Part shown: piece after piece, positions 1 through 10,298 of the stretch
Layout: every line of letters begins with the position of its first letter
Position numbering within the stretch: position 1 is the first letter of the stretch
Origin: Gracilinanus agilis
Taxonomy: Eukaryota
Direction of reading: 5' to 3'
Length of the DNA stretch: 64,000 bases
NCBI RefSeq assembly: GCF_016433145.1
Contig: NC_058133.1
Coordinates: 389,697,456 to 389,761,455, forward strand
Position numbers and translations under genes: made by a program
Notes under the pieces: generated by a model
Databases searched by the model: none
Seen by the model: the letters and a program-made list of their open reading frames with translations, nothing else
Told to the model about the DNA's origin: nothing

Positions 1-629
1 TCCAACCAAGGTCACAGTACGCATTTCAGGGATATGTATTGCCATATCCTGGGTCTGTTCAATAACATACAGTTTTTCTCTCATTTACACAGGGGTCAGT
101 GATGATGGGTTGGAGGATCTGGTCATTGCTCTCAGTTGTGTGGGAGGTTGCCAGTCTGCAATGAATCAAGACTGGGTTCTCACTGCATTTCTCTTGTTTT
201 TAATACCAACAGTTGCTATGCTCATCATATATGGCAAAAATTTTTTAGTGGCTAAACAGCAGGCTAGAAAGATTGAAAGTATCAACAGCCAAATGCAGGC
301 TTCTGCAGAGAGCTATAAGGATAGAGTAGCCAAAAGAGAGAAAGGCTGCTAAAACATTAGGGATTGCTATGGCTGTGTTTCTTGTCTGCTGGCTGCCATA
401 TTTCATTGATACGCTAATTGATGCTTATGTGAATTTCATAACTCCAGCTTATGTCTATGAGATCTTATTGTGGTTTATTTATTATAGTTCGGCTATGAAT
501 CCTTTGATCTATGCCTTCTTTTACCCTTGGTTTCGGAAAGCAATAAAGCTCATTGTGAGTGGCAGAATCTTGAGGAATGATTCTTCATCAATGAATTTAT
601 TTTCTGAAGAAGTGGAAATCCACAACTGA
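1..629 (+). pseudogene. TAAR9-like trace amine-associated receptor pseudogene, 3' part (TM4 to C-terminus; 5' end outside the window), with a 2-bp frameshift
   Basis: The frame starting at nt 2 reads [17 protein letters not shown]...[13 protein letters not shown]...YKDRVAKRE and is colinear with the gene at 13980. Here AAAA-GAGAGA-AAGG (332-345) replaces AAAA-GAGAGAGA-AAGG, giving TAA at 350-352. TM6-TM7 continue in another frame (369-629), where NSAMNP has become SSAMNP. Confidence 0.88.
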
Positions 630-1871
630 GAAAAATCTTGGCAAAGAATTCCAAGGTAATGATGATTAAAAATGAAAGGTAAAATAGAATCTCTTGGACA
701 GTTCAAGAAATGTAATCTACTTGTTTCTCAAATTCATAGAAAACTGCTTTCAAATGGTGATAATCCTGAGACATTTTTTACCTTCATATATACTCAGATG
801 TTATTTTCAAGTTAATATCAGAAGTAGATAGTGCTTATTGACAAGGTCAAATTTTTATAAAACTTTGTTATGAGTGAAGATGATCCAAGGATGGCAAAGA
901 CAGAAGCAGAGATTCAATATGCACCAAAATATCCATAGCAGCCTTTCTTGAGATGGCAAAGAACTGGGTACAATATCGATTTCCATTAATAAGGAAAGGA
1001 CTAATTTGAGAAATCATCATGTTTAATTTAAATTAAATTCATATTAAATAAGAAATGATGGAGAGGAGAAATTTGACAAATATAAGATTTGTATGAACTT
1101 ATGTACAATGAAATAGCAGAGGCAGAACAATATACAGGGGCAACTAGATGGCTTTGTGAAAAAAGGTTTAAGCTTTTGAGATGGGAGGTCCTGGGTTCAA
1201 ATGTATTCTCAGATACTTCTATTTCTTTGACTTTGGGCAATTTACTCTTCTGCCTTAAAACTAACAAATAGTATTAATTCTAAAATGGAAGTGAAGGTTT
1301 TAAAAAAAAGAAATCTAAATACAATGTCCCCCAAAATGTAAAACAAAATGTCATTAGATGGGATTAAAACTCTGACAAAAAGAAAAATGAGAGAAATCCC
1401 AGAGCACAGATAATGAAACCTAAGTCCTTCTTCTAAGCAAGGAGGTGAGAAATTGTGAGAGTAGAATTGTGGAAATTAAGTCTGATGTAGTTATTCTATT
1501 AGTGGTTTTTTTTTGTGGTTTGCTTAACTGTATTTTTGTATTACCAGGAAAGGTCCAGTTCTGTGTGGAGAGGTAAGGTGACATAAAAGGGATTTAATGA
1601 ACTGTAAGTGATATAAAAACAGAAAGCATTAATAAATCTTTGTGTTGAAGGGATTAAACATGTCATTATCCTCACATATACTCATTTGATAAGAAAATAG
1701 ATTAGAGTTGGGAAAGACTAAACTTTGTCCTTGTCCTTTTGCTTCTTTCTTCAAATAACTGAAATTTTACATTTTTTATACCTTTTCCATCAATGTTTGA
1801 GGCCAAATATAAAGGAAATAGCAGCAACTAGTATTTACATGAACACTTTAAGGTTTGTAGGGAGATTTACA

Positions 1872-2394
1872 TGTAAGGGTCTCAAAAGACAAAGGTCTGT
1901 TGACCCTTGATGTCAGGTGAGGTCCAGGGTCTGAAAAGGCAAAGGTCTGTTGACACCTGATGTTAGGTATGTCCAGGTCTGGCTAAGGCCTAGGATCCCT
2001 CAGTTTCCACATTTCCCAACAAAGTTGTTGATAGAATTTATAATCTTTTCCCAGTCTTCTTTCCCAGATCTTTTCTCCAGACATAAAAACATGTTTTATC
2101 AGCACCTGCTTCTCCTCTTTCTCAGTTCCCATTATGTACCCAGTTACCCTCACCTTTAGTTCCTTGCTCAAGGTTCATCTTTCAAGGATACCTTGTTTTG
2201 AGAAAGTTGCTTGGATTTCCATTAGAAAAATTCCTTATGGTTTCCGGCTTTATAAACTCATTCAATAAACTGCACTTGGTTGCCATCAGCCATTGAGGTC
2301 CTTCTGATCCCTGACTTTGACTTGACTCTTTTTTCCCCAGCCCTTACTTAGGGTACTCTTGGGCCCATTCATCCCCTCCCTCGGGGCATTTACA
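1872..2394 (+). mobile_element. Solo LTR, 523 bp, with a 6-bp TSD (ERV2/ERVK-like TSD length)
   Basis: TG...CA ends (TGTAAGGG...TTTACA). Flanks are TTTACA (1866-1871) and TTTATA (2395-2400). AATAAA near 2264. About 50-bp internal tandem repeat (aaaggtctgttgac...). The paralogous flanks near 15975 and 37605 lack it. Confidence 0.8.
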
Positions 2395-2930
2395 TTTATA
2401 GATATCTCTTTTTAATCATAGGAGGATTTTAGGATATGCGTATAATTGTTCCCATTTTTCAACTGTGGAAAATGAGGCAGACATAGGCTAACCAACTTGT
2501 CCAGGATGACACAGTCAGTGAGTATCTGAGGTTGAGTTTGAATGCAGTCCTTATTATTCAACAATCAATGCTGTCCTTATTTTGCCATCTAGTTGTCTGA
2601 AAACAGCAAATAATTACTGGAAACAACCCCAAAACAAAATATGTTGCAAATAATAAAATATTAAGACCAAAAATATACTAATCTCTATTTTCTGTGATTT
2701 TTAAATAAAACACTGTAAATTCTCTTTGATATTTTAGTGTATTTTGTTTCTTCTTTTAGAGGTTAAGTAAGGTCCCTACCTGCCTTCTTTTGGGCTTTGA
2801 ATGGGAGAGATAGCAAAAAGATAGCCCAGTTTCCGGTAAATCTATTTATATCACCTCTCTTCTAGTTATTTCTACATCTACACAATAGAGAAATTTTTTC
2901 CACAAAATTGTAAGATATGGGGTTATGTTG

Positions 2931-4057
2931 TGTTATGTAGAGATGGCTGCATGGAATCCCTGCAAAAATACAGGGACAGCCTCACCCACCTGGAACTTTG
3001 GGTGAGGCTGTCCCTGTATTTTTGCAGGGATTCCATGCAGCCATCTCTACTGTAGTACAGCGAGAGGGGGGGTCATGACAGTTTTTTCAAACTTTGACTG
3101 AGTTCTGAAATCAGTTAGGAGTTTAGAATCTTGAAGGAGAGTCTCAGTTGGTTCTGGGATCTCTTGGTGAGAGTGTCAGACCAGCTGAGCTGCTTCTTTG
3201 CCTATCTGTAGAATTGAAAATTGAGTCTAGCTTTGGAATATTTATTTAAGAATTGTTAGTTTAGATAAACCCTTTGTATCTCCATAACCTACCTCATTTC
3301 CTACCTTCCTTCCCTTACCTTAAATGTCTGTGGAGTGAATAAGGAGAGTAAATCAGAGAGTAGTTCAAATCTGTGAGGGGTTTAACTATAATTTGACAGT
3401 ATTTTATCTAGAGAAGTTAGTTAATCATCTTCTTATTCCCTTTAGATTTCAAAGATCACCTTGAGAGCTGAGTTAAGGCAGGACCTTGCTCAAACCCCAT
3501 CTCTGCCTCCCTTCTCCCACCTGAGGTTTCTTTAAGCAACTGTTAGGGCTACCATTAACCCCCTTTTCCTGACAATTCAACCTTAAAGACCATAAACCCT
3601 TTTGTGTTTCAACAGACCTGTTAGTTACTTTGTCAGTTAATTAGTAAGAGAGGGAAGAAGAGGGAAAGAACCAACATATACTCTGGGCTTGAAGGGAAGC
3701 CGGGTTTCCATCTTGAAGTAAGGTGTAACTTCAAAACAAGTCCCTTCCTGTGAAATTAACTAAAGCCTGTAGTTAATTTCAGTTCAGTCTATTTCCCTCA
3801 GTTTGTCTTTAGTCTAAGTCCTAGCCTATAAGCCCTGCTGTCTTTGCCTATTTAGATTAATTCCTTCTTTCCCTGAAGAATTTTGTTCCCTTCAGTTCTA
3901 TACTCCGTGACTTCAGCCTTATATTATATCCTGAATCTCCCTGTTCCAGTCTACCTGTAACCCATATTACTTACCTAGCAAGTCCCTGACAACCTCCCTT
4001 CAAAATCCCCTTTTACCACACACCTTTCCCAAATTCTCCCCATTACACTACATAACA
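2931..4057. mobile_element. 126-bp fully palindromic mini-element (58-bp arms, 10-nt loop), interrupted near its right end by an LTR
   Basis: 2937-2988 is the exact reverse complement of 2999-3050. After removing the LTR at 3051-4047 and one CTAC copy, the arms extend to TGTTAT (2931) and ATAACA (4052-4057). GTTG flanks both sides (2927-2930, 4058-4061). Confidence 0.8.
3051..4047. mobile_element. Solo LTR, about 1 kb, ERV1-like (family B, copy 1)
   Basis: TGTAGTA...CCCCATTACA ends with a 4-bp TSD CTAC (3047-3050, 4048-4051). Roughly 85% similar by eye to 5877-6869. Confidence 0.85.
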
Positions 4058-4300
4058 GTTGAATAGTAGATAAAGTGCCAGGTCAGGAATAAGAAAGACA
4101 TCTTTCTGAGTTCTAATCTGTCTCCCTATGCTTACTACCTATATGACCCAGGGCAAGTCATTTAACTATGTTTGCCTCAGTTTCTTCATCTCTAAAATGA
4201 ACTGGAGAAGAAAATATCAAACCACTCAGTATCTTTGCCTAGAAAACCCTAGCTGAGCTCATGATGACTCAGAAAAAACTGAAAGAACTCAACAACAAAA
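4058..4300 (+). mobile_element. MAR1/MIR-type CORE SINE; its head was split by the palindromic element
   Basis: CORE (gacccagggcaagtcatttaac...cctcagtttc) followed by an RTE-like tail (ctggagaagaaaat...aaaccactcagtatctttgcc...aacaacaa). Paralogous copies near 16530, 28790 and 38155. Confidence 0.7.
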
Positions 4301-5265
4301 CATACATACCAACAGATTGGTGGTTGTTTGGAAAATTTTCCAAATACTTCTTCCTTCCTGTCCCTGTTAGTGTCTGTGTCTTCCATTCATATGCTGAACA
4401 TTGGTTATTGTTCAGCCATTTCAAGTGGATGGAAATATATTTTAAACAATGAATTGGATTAAATGTGAAATATTTTCGTAACTTGTCTCTATGTTTCTAT
4501 ATCAATTTTTCTTCCTTCTTGCAACATTCCCTTAACTCTGAGTTGGGTTGTTCACATTAAAATGTTGTTTTTGAAAATGTGGTCTTTCTTTTATGCATGG
4601 AGGATGGCTCAAGCTAAAGGTTCTTCCATCATTTTAGAACCTGTCCTACTATACACCAATAAAACTCCACCAAATACCAAGATGTTCTTTAACCATTATG
4701 TAGATAGCAGTGTTGCAGAGATTTAAAAATAATAGTACTATGAACCTGTATTCTTAATTAACTTCAAATGAAAGCTAATAAAGAATTAAGCCAAAAAAAG
4801 CAAATATTGTCCTTTGCAAATTTTGTTAATGCATTAACATGGTCACCACTGCTTCTGAGCTCTGGGTTTTAGAATTCTAAATCCTGGCTTCCTTCTGCTC
4901 CTCTATGCAGCCTCTAAGCTGTCATTCCAGGTGGGGCAAGTACACCAATTATTACAAAACTACCACAAGGAGAGCCTATCATATGCTTGTATGCTGTGAC
5001 ATTTAGGGCCTCTCGGCCTTCTAGAGGGTTCAAGGACTTCTAGCCTTTGTCCTTGATGCCTTGTTCTTTCCCCAGGCAGCTTGCTGTGGGGCTTTCCCCC
5101 TATCTTTTCAGTCTTATATTTAAACACCTGATTGTATCAAGGTTCAGACTTTTAATAGGCGTAGCAACTCCCTGGCTTACCTCTGTGACACCTGCATCAT
5201 GTCTACTTCCTGAGGCTCTAAAATTCTATTTCAGACTTAAAAATTGTTACTTTTCAGGTCCCTTC

Positions 5266-7204
5266 TGTAACAGACCAAGGGGCCAAGCAAGACAGCATTT
5301 GATGGAACTCTGAGGATCCAGGAGAGTTGGCAGATGGGCTGAGGCTGAGAATTCTGGGAACTGAAAACCAAGGGACTCTCACTGTTCTCTGGGCCTTTTG
5401 GGAAGGAAAGGGAGGTGGGTGGCAGTATTTCCTTGAGACCCTGAATACCTCAAAAAGCCTAAATCTGAGATTTTACCAGGTCTTCTGCTACTATAGCCAA
5501 CCTTATTGATTCTCCATCTTCAGTGAACATCTGGGAAGACAAATATTGCAGTTTCCCCTGTGGCCTAGGAGCCAGAGACTCTGGTGGGAGGGAGTGGCCC
5601 TTGGGGGGCTAACTAAGCCTTGGTTGGGTTTAGTTATTGCTCTTCCCTATTTAGCCATTTATAACCTTTTAGGATAGGAGTTTTACTGGAGTCCTGAGTC
5701 AATTAACTAAGATTGAAAGTTACAGAAGAAATCTAGTTACTGCTCAACCCTGGAAGAGACTGAGAATAGATTATCAATAGTTTCATCATCATCCTCTTCC
5801 CCAAAATCTTTCCCCTTAATCCCTGACTACCTTGTTACTGAATAAACCCCAGTTGAGTTGTTTTAAGGCAGAGTTGTGTAGTATAGAGAGAGGGGGTCAT
5901 GATAGTTTTTTCAAGCTTTGGCTGAGTTCTGTAATCAGTTAGGGGTTTGGAATCTTGAGGGAGTAAAGTCAGTTGGTTTTGGGTTTCTCATGGAGAGGGT
6001 TCAGACCAGCTGAGGGCTTCCTTACCTATCTGTAGAATTGAAATTCAGCCTGGCTTTGAAATATTTATTTAAGAAATTGTTATTTAGATAAACCCTTTGT
6101 ATCTTCCTTCCCTATTTTATTTCCTACCTTCTCTCCCTTACCTTATATGTCTGTGGAGTTAATTAGGAGAGTAATTAGAGAGGAGTTCAAATCTGTGAAG
6201 GGTTTAACTATATTTTGATAGTATTAATATATAAAGAAACTAGTCAGTCATCATTTATTCCCTTTAGATATCAAGAGCATTTTGTAAGCTGAGTTAAAAG
6301 CAGGTCCTTACTCAGACTCCATCTCTGCCTCCCTTCCCCCCACCTGAGGTTCCTGAGACAACGGTTAGGGCTTCCTTTAATCCACCTTCCTGACAAATCA
6401 TCCTTTAAAGATAATAAACCCTTTTGTGTTTCAACAGACCTATTAGTATAATTTGTCAGTTAGTTATTAAGAGAGGGAAGAAGAGGGAAAGAACCAACAT
6501 ACTCTGGGTTGAAGGGAAGCCGGGGTATCCATCTTGGAGGAAGGTGTAACTTCATAACAAGTCCCTTCCTGTGAAATTGACTAAAGCTTGTGGTTAATTT
6601 CAGTTCAGTCCATTTCTCTTAGTTTGTCTCTGAGTCTAAGTCTCAGTCTGTAAAGCCTGCTGTCTTTGCCTGTTTAGTTTAATTTCTCCTCTCCCTGAAG
6701 ATCTCTGTTTCCCTTCTGTGTTATACTCCTGACTTCAGCCCTATTATATCCTGAATCTCCTTAATCCCAGCCTACCTGTAACCTAGATTACTCATCTAGC
6801 AAGTCCCTGACGACCTCCTTTCTAAATTCCCTTTTACCACACACCTTTCCTCAAATTATCCCCATAACAGTTGGAAGAGTGATTTCAAGGTGGGAGGCAG
6901 CATCATGTGGGTGGTGTGTGGAAGGAATACAAACTCCATATTGGTGGGCAGTCAGTTTGGGGTAGGGGAGGCTTGACCCCAAATAACCTGGTAATTAAGG
7001 GGAGTCATTTGGGTCAATTCAAATCCCAATATCCCCCTCTATCCTTTCTACCCGGGTGCATCCATTTTGGAGAACCTCCTTGTGTGCTATATTCTAAGAG
7101 TCTCCATAACAAGGAGGGGTGGAGTGAGTGGATTGATCCCATATCCAGTCAGCTAGAGGGGTTACCAGAACACACCCCATCTATTATCTAACCCCCTTCT
7201 TACA
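5266..7204 (+). mobile_element. Solo LTR, about 940 bp net, ERV1-like, containing a nested LTR
   Basis: TGTAA...TTACA ends with a 4-bp TSD CTTC (5262-5265, 7205-7208). AATAAA near 5841. The empty site is visible near 17640-17660. Confidence 0.85.
5877..6869. mobile_element. Solo LTR, 993 bp, ERV1-like (family B, copy 2), nested inside the LTR at 5266-7204
   Basis: TGTAGTA...CCCCATAACA ends with a 4-bp TSD GTTG (5873-5876, 6870-6873). Homologous to 3051-4047 along its whole length. Confidence 0.85.
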
Positions 7205-9391
7205 CTTCACAATGCCCTGCCCCCTCTCACAAATGAAGAAATATGGAGCAATGTAAAAAGTGGAGGTAAGGATATAACATTTCTGGAATTGGAGATAATG
7301 TGTGCAGCAACATTAATAAAAAAGAAGATGGAAAGATGTCTGTGGAAAACAGCAAAGCCTGTTTAAAGGGGCCATGGAGGACAGAAAGGTGAATAATTTA
7401 AAACAAGTCTGGAAAAACAGATTGAATCCAGGCTATGATTGACTTTAAATCACAAGGAAGAAAAAGAGTGAGCAGATGCAAAGCAGTATTTAAACCTCGA
7501 AGCTCAAAGAATATTATAGATATTGATGTGTGAAAGGACCATTGAAACTTTACACATTTGAAGTTTTTTTTTTCCATAGAAAGTAGAGTTAGAATCCCTG
7601 AAAAAGGAAAGATTTTTCCACATTCCACATTATGTTGGTGTAGACATGCAGATGTCACTAGCAAAAGAGAAATAGCCTTTCTCAGTCAGAGAAATTAGGT
7701 TATACTCAATGTTTGGAGAACACTGGATCTGCCAAAGCAGGCATGTGGGATACCAGACCAGAATACTCAAGCAGTATGCTATCTTCCCAGGGTGTGTATC
7801 TAGCAAAGGAGTTCCCACCCTTTCCCAGACTATATGGCCCTTAGCTTTCAGTAAACCTCTAGGCGTTCAACATGAAAATAAATAAATTACAGAGTAGACT
7901 GTGCTTATACAGCTAAAAATTAAAACAAGATCATTTTATTAATTTTTCATAGAGAAAATATATATGAAACAGATTTCTTTTTCATTAACATTACTAATTT
8001 TTGAAAAGTTCAATAAAACTACATATTCATTAATGTTTTCTATACATCCTTGACAAACTTCTCATATCCCCAAATATATGTGTACTCCAGATTAGTAACC
8101 TTTACTATGGAAGTGACAAGTAAAGTAATGTCCAAAATTTGCTAAACCTCACAACTATTGAACCAAATTCCATTGAATCAGCCAATCATCCTCAAATGTG
8201 CCATTAATGGGAATGTTTCCATTTCATTTGGGTATACATCTTCCCCAAGATGTCCATCCATCCACTCTTTTTCTCCTCCTTTAAAAAAAATTACAATGAC
8301 TTCATTTTTAATTCCTCTTAATTCTGGAGATTTACAATAGAAAGGAAAGTCAGAACTGAAAGTGAACTCAAAAGAAATTTAACATATGCCACGCCTAAAA
8401 AATTGTCTGTACAATGTCCCTTATAGGTAACATTTACTTGAAAATCTCTAATAACAAAAACAAACCACACAATCTTTCACAACCAAGCTACTGTCTCTAG
8501 TATGAAGCCACTTTACCCTTTTGAGAAACGGAAACTCTTGGTGATTTTTTTCCCCTTGCATGGAAAGTCAGTCTGGCTCTCTTCTTTTTTCAGAACTTAG
8601 TCTTGCTTCTTCCATCTGAGGTCCAACGTCTGATCTCTTTCCATTAGGAAATCCAGTAAATGAGACAATTATCTACAAAGTGTTATTGATGAGACTGTTT
8701 ACACACTATGTTGGTAGTTTTTTTATTCATGCTGTCCATCGGCTACATTCTTTTTTTTTCTTCCTCTTCCTACTTACAATAGTTCATTACAGACAGGCAC
8801 AGGGACTACTAACCTATTTCTGAACAAATGGAATATCAGTTCCTTTCATCTATTCCTTAATCCTCCTTATCATCTCTAATAATTCCTTATTTCTCTCACT
8901 ACAGAAGATGACATTATGGCTTATCTATATATTTGTACTCAGTTTTTGCTTAGTCTTTGAAGGTCTGGCTTCAGTACGATGCATTGGAGCAGAGCCGTGA
9001 CTATTGGCTCATAACAGTGATCCTCCTATTAGGGTGGTTGTGATTGGAGGATTGTTTTAGCTTTGAAGTTCTGAATTGTAGTAGCTCAGCCTCTCAGGTT
9101 CCTTAATAAGTCTAGCATCAATACTGTGAACCATCAGGAATGCATGCATGTGGGCACAATATATTGGCTAAAGAGAGGAAAACTAAGCAGTAAACAGAGC
9201 AGATCAAAGTTCTCCTACTGATCAGTAAGGTAATTGGGCATGGTTTTTAGCCAGGGAAAGACAGGGAGTTGCAGATTTAAAACCAAACAAACAAATAAAA
9301 AAACATTAAAGATATATAGAAGCAAAACGTATCCTTTAAAGACTTTAATTCCAAAAAGACATCTAGGTTTTTGTTTGGTCAACTAACATAG

Positions 9392-10298
9392 TGTAAGAAA
9401 TGAAGCAAGCCCTGGTATTTTGGACAAACTGCTTGAAATATTGGAGAAGGAGGAGCCCAAGTGACAGAAGAGCAGAGATTTCTGGGAGAGGGAACCCCAA
9501 CCAAGGGTCTTTTTGCAGGCTAGAGCTGAGGAGGACAGTCGTGAATCCAGGCTCTGTGATCCCTGAAGAGATATTTGGGTTTCCTGGTCTATATTAGGAG
9601 ACCTGCTTCCTGTGACATCTTGTTCCAGTGTTTCACTTGTACCATCTACAGAACTAAATGGAGTTTGGGGTTCCTGGACTTCCTCTGGGGAGCTGTTCCC
9701 TGAACCCACCTTTCTTGGGTTTTGCTCAGCAGTATCCCTCATAGATGAATAGCCAACATAGCTTTTAGGAATATAATTAGTGGGTTCAAGAAGGTGAAGT
9801 TTTGGTCCGGGGACACCTTGTCTCACCTTCACGTCTGCCTTAATGAAGGACCTTGGCATAGGGATTACCTACACCTCCCTTTCCTAATGTTACCTTACCT
9901 CAATCCCTATTGCCTTATTGTCCTAGATTAAACTCCCGAGATTTCTATATCTGATCTGCTTGATTCAATTGGAGGGAGGCTAACTCCGAAGGGATAGAGA
10001 AGAGAGTCAAGCTGATTTCCATTTTAAGTCTGACCTCCTGCTGGGAGAAAGGGGAAGTTTCTGTGTACCCCGACTGGCACCGACATCATTTTGGGGTGTC
10101 ATTCATTTCTCCTAGAGGGGACACTATTCCTTCAACCCCTCTATGCTGGTATGCCCTTCGAGGATCCCCTGTTTTCCAAGAGGATCCCCTTTTGTCAACC
10201 AGTAATAGAGGTGGCTGTGAGGGAAGAGGAGTCATTCACACTTGACTTGCTGGTCTTCAACTATACCCTCAATCCTCCTGAACACCCCAATTCTTACA
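9392..10298. mobile_element. Solo LTR, 907 bp
   Basis: Perfect 8-bp inverted ends TGTAAGAA...TTCTTACA. Flanks ATAG/ATAA (3 of 4 match). GC-richer than its surroundings and absent from the paralogous unit. Confidence 0.7.

Noticed and set aside
3051-6869. Two same-family, same-orientation LTRs as the ends of one provirus
   Set aside because: Each has its own TSD (CTAC vs GTTG), they are about 15% diverged, and the DNA between them is host flank with paralogs elsewhere. They are independent solo LTRs.
9383-9859. 158-aa minus-strand ORF
   Set aside because: It lies almost entirely within the LTR at 9392-10298, is Ser-rich and has no recognisable domain.
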